Shown: positions 56,996 to 64,000 of the stretch, in pieces
Layout: each line of letters opens with the position of its first letter
How positions within the stretch are numbered: the first letter of the stretch is position 1
Source of the DNA: an uncultured Gemmatimonadaceae bacterium
Lineage (GTDB): Bacteria > Gemmatimonadota > Gemmatimonadetes > Gemmatimonadales > Gemmatimonadaceae
Reading direction: 5' to 3'
Length of the DNA: 64,000 nucleotides
Assembly: GCA_963829055.1 (NCBI GenBank)
Contig: CAWHHI010000004.1
Coordinates: 352,001-416,000 of the forward strand
Made by a program: the position numbers and the translations under genes
Notes under the pieces: model-generated
The model's input: only the letters and a program-made list of their open reading frames with translations
The model's database searches: none
Told to the model about the DNA's origin: nothing

Positions 56996-58140
56996 CCGGG
57001 CCAGCGGAATCGACACCCAACGCCGCTCGCGAAACGACAGCTCCACGGCGTTGATCAGCTCCTGCACGTGCGCGCCGTCCTCGAAGTTGCCCTCGTTCTC
57101 CGGGCCGTCGCTCAGAATCTCCGAGATGAACGAGCTGCACGAGGTTCGCGTAGAACAGCGATCGCCACGACTCGCGCTTGCTGCCGCCCGGCGGATAGAA
57201 CCGCTCGGGCACGTCGAGCTCGCGGAACTCGACCTGGTCCGCCGTCGCCGCCTTGAGCGACTCGCAGATGCCATTCTCCTCGACGAGCCGGCAGATGAGC
57301 GCGCCCTTGCTGCCGTAGACGCGCGCCTCGAGCCCCGGGTAGTTCCCGACGGTCACGAAGCTCGTCTGAATCGAGCCTAACGCGCCACTCGCGAACTCGC
57401 CGATGAAGATGTCGCCGTCGTCGATGTTCATGCGCATCATCTGACCCGTCGCGCGCACGACGCGCTCGGGGATGAAATTCTTCATCGTCCCGACGACCTG
57501 GCTGAACCGGCTGCCCATGAACAGGTGCCCGAGGTCCATGATCGGCGCGCCGTAGCCCTCGAGCGACGACACCTGAATCACCGACTGATCGGCCTCGTGA
57601 TCCACCTGACGCAGCGGGTTCTGCGGATCGAGCCACTGCGAGTTCTGCTCGTAGCCGTTGAAGATGAACGGCGTGCCGACGAACCCCTGGTCGATGAGCT
57701 CCTTCATGTACTGCATCGCCGGACTGTAGCGGAACGTGAAGCCGAGCTTCGTCTTCACGCCCTTCTCGCTTCGCGAGCGCCGCGGCGCGCAGCGTGTCGC
57801 GATAGTCGTACGCGACCGGCTTCTCGCACAGCACGTGCTTCCCCGCCTCGAGCGCCGCCCAGCTCAGCTCGAAATGCGTCGCGCTCGGCGTGCAGACGTC
57901 GACGAGGTCGATGTCGTCGCGCGCGATCAGCTCGTCGTGCGAGTCGTACACGTTGGGTATGCCGAACTTCTCGGCGAACGCCCGCGCGCGCTCGACGACG
58001 GGATCGGCGATGGCCACGAGCTCGCAGCGCGGGTCGCGCTTGTAGCCGGGCAGGTGCGCGAACTCGGCCCACGCGCCGGCACCGAGCACGCCGACGCGCA
58101 CGCGCCCGTCCACGCGAGCTTTCGCTGACGCGGTCGTCAT
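56993..58140 (-). CDS. Gfo/Idh/MocA family oxidoreductase
   Basis: VGVLGAGAWA, DLVDVCTPSATH, GKHVLCEKP, GFTFRYSP. Confidence 0.92.
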
Positions 58141-59894
58141 TCGATCACCGCGCCCGTGTCGCCCGGCAGCAGCAGCTGACGTTGCGCCCAGATCGGCGCG
58201 ATGCCATTCGTCATGAATCGCTCGTGGAATTCGCGCAGTGAGAACTTCGCGCCCATGCGCTTCTGGTAGTCCGCGCGCAGCTTGAGGATCGCGCGCTTGC
58301 CGAGGAAGTAGCCACCGTACGTCGGGTCGTACGTCGCCGCGCTCGGCCTCTCGCTTCGCGGCGGGCGCGGCGACGTACGCGTCCTTCTCGAAGCAGCGCT
58401 GCGCATCGGCGAGCGTCCACTGCTTCGTGTGCAGCTTGATGCCCGACAGCAGCCGACAGATGCGCGTCAGCGCGTCGCTCACCTGCGCGAGGCGCAGCTT
58501 CGGATCGCCGTTCCGATAGCCCTTCGTCGAGCACCATCTGCTCGGCGTAGTGCGCCCATCCGTCCTGACCCGACGACGGCTGCGGAAACGGATTCAGCCC
58601 GATCCAGATGCGTCGCACCTTGCCGGGCGTGCGACGCATGTAGGTCGAGTGCAGCCAGTGCCCCGGCATCGCTTCGTGCGCGGACGTGTTCGTCAGCGAC
58701 GCGTAGTTGTACCGCTCGAGCCACGCCTCCTGCTGCGGCTGGCGACAGTCCCGGCTGCGCATCCGTGATGTAGTAGATGCTCTTCACCGGCGTCTTCTCG
58801 AGCGGCGGCGACGCGTGCATCGACGCGAAGCCGAGGTCGAACGGCAGCGCCGGCGCGACGATCACGCGTTCGTTAGGTGGCAGCGACGCGATGCCGCGCG
58901 CGACGACGAACGCCGACAGCGAGTCGACGATCGCCTGCGTCGCGGCGACGACGCCGCCCATCTTCGGGTGATCGCGTCCGCACGTCCTGCCAGACCGTCA
59001 CGGGATCTCGCGCCCGGGGCGAGCTTTGCCGCGGCCGCACGAAACTCGGCCTGCGATCGCGTCAGCTCGCGCTCGCCGATCGCGACCATCGTGTCGAGCG
59101 GCGTGTCGATCAGCTCCTCGGCGAGATAGCGCCGAGCGACGTTCGCCGCGCCGATCGTGAAGTCGCCGGTCGCCTTCGGAATGACGTCTTCTCGAGGTAC
59201 GCGACGTACGCGGCGATCTGCGGGATGGCGACATCGGCCGCCCGCCGCAGCGAATCGCGCAGCGCAGCGTTAGGCTCGGAGGCGAAGGCGAGGTCGAGAT
59301 CGTGACCGAGCATGTCGTGCGCGCCGCGCATGATCGCCGCACCACGCTCGGCGAAGAGGCGTGGCGGGTTGATGACGTTCGTCCTCGCGGCGGCGAGGAA
59401 CGCCGGACGCTGACGCGAGCTTGGCTGATGATCCGACGCATGCGAACCGGCGCGGGATCGCTCGCCATCGTCATCAGATTGTGCACGCCGTCGGCGAGCG
59501 CCGACGCGTAGAGCATTGGATTCCGCGCCAGTTCTGGAGCGTCTCCTGCTCGAGCAGCCACCCGTCGATGATGCCGAGCAGGATGCGCTGATCGACGCGC
59601 TCGTCGGGCGTGAGGCTGTTCGCGTCGAAGCGCGCGAAGTCGGGCGGCATCGCGCTTGAGCGCCGCGATCTCGGCCGCGATTCCCGCGGCCGAGAAGTCG
59701 TCGAGCCGATCGTCGTGGTCGTGAATGCCGTTTCCGGCGGCGATCGACGGATGGCGCCGCGCGAAGTCGTCGAGATATCGGTCGACGAATCGCGCGAACT
59801 CCGTGGACTGCTGCGGCTGGGTGGCGCCGAGCGGAACGACCGCGAGCGCGATGAGCAGGAGACGCGTGAGTGATCTCAAGGCGACGATCTGCAC
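58137..59894 (-). CDS. DUF885 family protein (paralog 1, exported; frameshifted)
   Basis: Signal peptide; GIHDHDDRLDD, AHEAMPGH, DGWAHYAEQM, YFLGK, FHERFM. Confidence 0.8.
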
Positions 59895-60065
59895 GAGGGC
59901 GGTGGAGCGGGGTCGCCAAAGGTGCGCGCGCGCTGCGGTCGCAAATCGCGCTGACCGGCGTGCGATTCGAGCGCGCAGCGTCCGCCCAATTGCGTCGGGT
60001 CAGCCGTCCGCCATCGCCATCGCAGAAACGCCGTCGGACGCGGCGAACGGAGCTGGACGGGAACG

Positions 60066-62224
60066 ATGCATACTCGAGGTCGATCGCCTCAGACCCCACG
60101 AGACCCAGTGTCAGCTCGCCTTGATCCTGACCGCCTTCGATTCCGACTCGCCATCGGAGCTGCGCTTCGCGCCGCATACGTCGCCGGCTGCCTGGCTCCG
60201 GCTCGCTCGCAGAGCGCAAGTCCGTCGACTGGCCCGTCTACGGCGGCACGACGCGACAACACCCACTACTCGACGCTCGATCAGATCACGCCGGCGAACG
60301 TCAAGCAGCTGCAGGTCGCGTGGACGTACGAGACGCACGATGAGTTTCCGGGCTCGGAGATGCAGTCCAATCCCGATCGTCGTCGACGGCGTGCTGTACG
60401 CGACGACGCCGAAGCTCCGCGTCATCGCGCTCGACGCGGCGACGGGCGAGGAGCTCTGGACGTTCGACCCGAACACGATCGACCCGAAGACGGGGCGATT
60501 TCGGCATCGCGGCGTGACCGTGTACCGCGACCGCGTGTTCGTCACCCACCGCAACAACCTCTGGGCGCTCGACAAGAAGACCGGCAAGCCGATCCCGACG
60601 TTCGGCGACAGCGGGCGCGTGGACCTGCGCAAAGGACTCGATCGCCCGTTCGAGTCGCAGTCGGTGAGCGCGAGCACGCCGGGCGTCATCTTCGACGGCC
60701 TGCTCATCATCGGCAGCACGGTGAGCGAGAGCCTGCCGTCGTCGCCCGGCGACATTCGCGCGTACGACGCGATGACCGGCGAAGATCCGCTGGATCTTCC
60801 ACACGATTCCGCGACCCGGCGAGTTCGGCTACGACACGTGGCCGCCTGACGCCTACAAGGTTTCCGGCGGCGCGAACGCGTGGGCCGGGCTGACGGTCGA
60901 CCACAAGCTGGGCATCGTCTTCGGCGCGACCGGCTCTGCCGCGTTCGACTTCTACGGCGCGAACCGACACGGCGACAACCTGTTCGCGAACAGCGTGATC
61001 GCGCTCGATGCGCGGACGGGCAAGCGCGTCTGGCACTTCCAGACGGTCAAGCACGACCTCTGGGACATGGACCTCCCATCGCCGCCGACGCTCGTCACCG
61101 TCAGGCGCGACGGCAAGACGGTCGACGCCGTCGCGCAGATCACGAAGACCGGCTTCGTGTTCGTCTTCGACCGCAAGACGCGGGAAGCCGCTGTTCCCGA
61201 TCGAGTATCGCAAGGTCCCGCGTCGACGCTCGACGGCGAGCGCGCAAGCACGACGCAGCCGGTCCCGCGTCAAGCCGCCGCCGTTCGTTCGGCAGACGCT
61301 GACCGAGGAGATGCTGACGAACGCGCACGCCCGAGGCGCACGCGTCGGCGCTGAAGACGTTCCGCGAGTACAAGTACGCCGGGATGTTCCAGCCGCCGAG
61401 CCCGGATGGGCTCGATCGTCTTCCCCGGCTACGACGGCGGCGGCGAGTGGGGCGGTCCCGCGTTCGATCCGGAGACGGGGCTGCTCTACGTCAACGCGAA
61501 CGAGATGGCGTGGCTCCTTCGAAGTGATGCCGCGCAATGACCACTCGCTGTACAAGAGCGCAGTGCGCGAGCTGTCACGGCGACGACATGAAGGGCAGCG
61601 CGAATGGCGCCGTCGCTGCTCGACGTCGCGCAGCGCCACTCGCGCGAGGAGCTCGCGACGATCATTCGCCAGGGCACGGGCCGCATGCCGGCATTCGCCG
61701 AGATGCTCGAGGGCGGCGGCGATCAACGATCTCGTGAACTTCCTCGTGACCGGCAAGGACGTCGCCGACACGGCGACGACGAACCCGAACTTCCTCAAGT
61801 ACCGCAACAACGGCGATCCGATCTTCCTCGATCACGAAGGCTACCCGGGCATCACGCCGCCGTGGGGCACGCTGAACGCGATCGATCTGAACAGCGGGCG
61901 AGATCCGCTGGACGATTCCGTTCGGCGAGTATCCGGCGCTCGCGGAAAAGGGCATCGAAGAACACGGGCACCGACAACTACGGCGGCCCGGTCGTGACGA
62001 CGAATGGTCTGCTGTTCATCGGCGCGACGACGTACGACAAGAAGTTCCACGTGTTCGACAAGCGGACGGGCGAGCTGTTGTGGGAGGCGGAGCTTCCCGC
62101 GTCAGGCAACGCGACGCCGTCGCTGTACGTCGTGAACGGCAAGCAGTACGTCGTGATCGCGTGCGGGGGAGGCAAGAACGGCGCGCCGTCGGGCGGGACG
62201 TTCGTGGCGTTCAGCCTGCCGTAG
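60066..62224 (+). CDS. PQQ-dependent dehydrogenase-like protein with internal cytochrome c domain
   Basis: [30 protein letters not shown] heme motif, [11 protein letters not shown]; start approximate. Confidence 0.88.
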
Positions 62225-62307
62225 GGACGGGACGGGCAGCGGGACGGGATCTGGCGACGGGAGCCGGTAGAGGCCTTCCGGTCTCCCGTTCCCGTTCCCG
62301 TCCCGGC
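62224..62307. terminator. Imperfect hairpin of GGGACG/CCCGTT hexamer tracts between convergent genes
   Basis: gggacgggacggg...acgggagccgg / ccggtctcccgttcccgttcccgtccc. Confidence 0.5.
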
Positions 62308-62309
62308 AG

Positions 62310-62825
62310 TTAGATCTTCGGCTGTCGTACGCCCAGTGCAACAGCGCCTGCCGCTGTCGCCTCCGACACGTTAGGTCTCGCGGCCGGCAGCCGCGTCTTG
62401 ACCTGCGCCACGTGTCGCGCGATCTGACGCCACCGGCGAATCTGCCGGTCGTCGTCGAGGCAGCGACGTCCCAGGTAGTAGCGGCAATACCACTGGAACC
62501 AGCCGCGCGGGTCCTCCTCGTAGATCCACCCCTTCTTTCGCCACACCGCGAGCGGCTGCGACGCGCGCACGCCGAAGTAGTTGAGCTTCGCGTCGTATCG
62601 CTCGGGCGAGAGCTTCGCCCGCGCGAACCAGCTCGCGGGAAACTCGCCGCGGCAGTCCGTCATGTACTTCCCGCCGAACACGCCTAACGCGAGCATCTCG
62701 GGCGGCGTGAGCTGTGGCTCGAACCCAGACTCGAAGTTGCGGCCGGTGGGCTCCGTGAGAAGATACGTGTAGCCCTGCTGCATGAGGTCATTGACGACCA
62801 TGCGGCGGGGCTTCATGCGAGACAT
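62310..62825 (-). CDS. Conserved hypothetical protein
   Basis: LTPPEMLALGVFGGKY, DPRGWFQWYCRYYLGRR, RQALLHWAYD. Confidence 0.75.
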   Translation of the reverse strand: MSRMKPRRMVVNDLMQQGYTYLLTEPTGRNFESGFEPQLTPPEMLALGVFGGKYMTDCRGEFPASWFARAKLSPERYDAKLNYFGVRASQPLAVWRKKGWIYEEDPRGWFQWYCRYYLGRRCLDDDRQIRRWRQIARHVAQVKTRLPAARPNVSEATAAGAVALGVRQPKI

Positions 62826-63548
62826 GCTTCCTCGAACCGCTTTCGGAGCTCTGCCCAACCACTCACCGCGATCTCCGGCGCGTCAGAGTGGACCGCGTTA
62901 GGCGGGCGCAGCCAGACGGCCGCGAATCCCGGCCGCCTGTGCGCCCGCGACATCCGTATCCAGCCGGTCGCCCACGAACCAGATGTCACTCGGCGCGAGT
63001 CCAAGTCGCGCGGCCGCGGTGTCGAACAGCATGGGATTCGGTTTCCGGACGACGTAGTCGGCCGACACCATCACGAATGCGAGATGGGCTGCGAGGCCGT
63101 GTTTAGCGAGGTCGCGCCGGATCACGTCGGCGCTGAACGACGCGTTGCTGACGACCGCCATGAGCACGCCCGCCGCGTGAAACGCGTCCAGCGCCTCGCG
63201 CGCGCCCGGGATTGGGCGCGTCGCCATCGACGCATCCCAGAACCCGCGCTCGAGCTCCGCCATCGACAGGCGAAACCGCGTACCCAGGTAGTCGTGAATG
63301 AGGCGCGTGAGTGAAGTCCACGGCGCCTCGACGCCGAATTCGTCGCGTCGCTCGGAGACTTCGGCCAACACGCGCTTCGCGCGCGCCATCACCACGTCGA
63401 CGGTGACATCAGCGCGCAGGTTCGTCGCCTGCGCGAGCAGCCACTCGTTGCCGGCGCGCAGGTCGAACCGACCCTCCTCCACGAGCGTCCCGCCGTAGTC
63501 GATCAACAACCCCTTCGGCCGTCTCACGCGTTGGGGCTGCTCGGTCAC
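62813..63548 (-). CDS. HAD-family hydrolase
   Basis: LIDYGGTL, VVSNA, KPNP, FVGDRLDTDVAGA. Confidence 0.88.
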
Positions 63549-63570
63549 TCGGCGTTCCTCGTCCGCGTCC

Positions 63571-64000
63571 TCATGGCGCGACGGCGGCAGGCGCGCGCAG
63601 CAACTTCGCGCGATCCGCGCCGGTGAACAGTCGGCCGTTGGCGACGACGGCCGAGATGCGTCGCGTGTTGCCGATGTCCTGGAGCGGATTCGCATCGAGC
63701 AGAACGAGGTCCGCGAGCTTCCCGGTGGCGATCGTGCCCGCGGAATCGAGCATGCCGAAATACCGCGCGGGCTCGATCGTCGCCGCGCGCAGCACCTCGA
63801 ACGGCGACATCCCGCCGCGAGCGAGCAGCGTCATCTCCTCGTGCAAGGCCGAATCCCGGCGGACTGTTGCGCAGCGGGGCGTCCGTGCCGGTGAGGATGT
63901 GCACGCCGGCGCGCTGCATCGTCGCGACCTGACGCAGCCGCTTCTCGAGCATCGCGCGCCCAACCGAGTCGGCGTTAGGCGGGATGCTGTCCGGCATCGG
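63571..64000 (-). CDS. Amidohydrolase family protein, C-terminal part (partial)
   Basis: ILTGTDAP, LHEE, ATIEPA, GTIATGKLADLVLLDANP. Confidence 0.88.
   Translation of the reverse strand, partial: RCRTASRLTPTRLGARCSRSGCVRSRRCSAPACTSSPARTPRCATVRRDSALHEEMTLLARGGMSPFEVLRAATIEPARYFGMLDSAGTIATGKLADLVLLDANPLQDIGNTRRISAVVANGRLFTGADRAKLLRAPAAVAP

Noticed and set aside
2507..63980. Integron attC cassette array, suggested because GTTAGGC/GCCTAAC match the GTTRRRY/RYYYAAC core sites and many small genes lie in tandem at 42-50 kb
   Set aside because: No GCCTAAC...GTTAGGC pair was found within attC distance (about 60-140 bp) with an internal palindrome, most copies lie inside housekeeping genes, and there is no intI.

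Overview
High-GC (about 69%, estimated by eye) bacterial chromosomal segment, probably Gemmatimonadota. The taxon is inferred from gene content and was not checked by any search. Many genes in about 1-25 kb and 51-64 kb carry single-base indels typical of unpolished long-read assembly, so their coordinates are reconstructed across reading frames and are approximate. The window holds nadB-nadA-nadC, YyaL, a MATE pump, an M20 dipeptidase, outer-membrane proteins, an ECF sigma factor plus Ser/Thr kinase module, lspA, an OCD/Ser-Thr dehydratase/ackA operon, an ADOP permease and tag. It also holds a long run of small stress/detox genes (DinB, cupin, VOC, OsmC, MarR), a DUF885-Gfo/Idh/MocA-peptide ABC operon and a PQQ/cytochrome c dehydrogenase. 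No rRNA, tRNA, CRISPR, transposase or integrase was seen. Top observations: (1) a non-palindromic octamer CGTTAGGC/GCCTAACG occurs 44 times by hand count, in both orientations, inside genes in several frames, and forces rare codons; (2) an OsmC gene has an in-frame TGA at its second catalytic Cys position, followed by a SECIS-like hairpin, making it a probable selenoprotein that the ORF track truncates; (3) a stand-alone EF-Tu domain III-like protein; (4) a family of nested palindromic intergenic elements and heptamer repeats.
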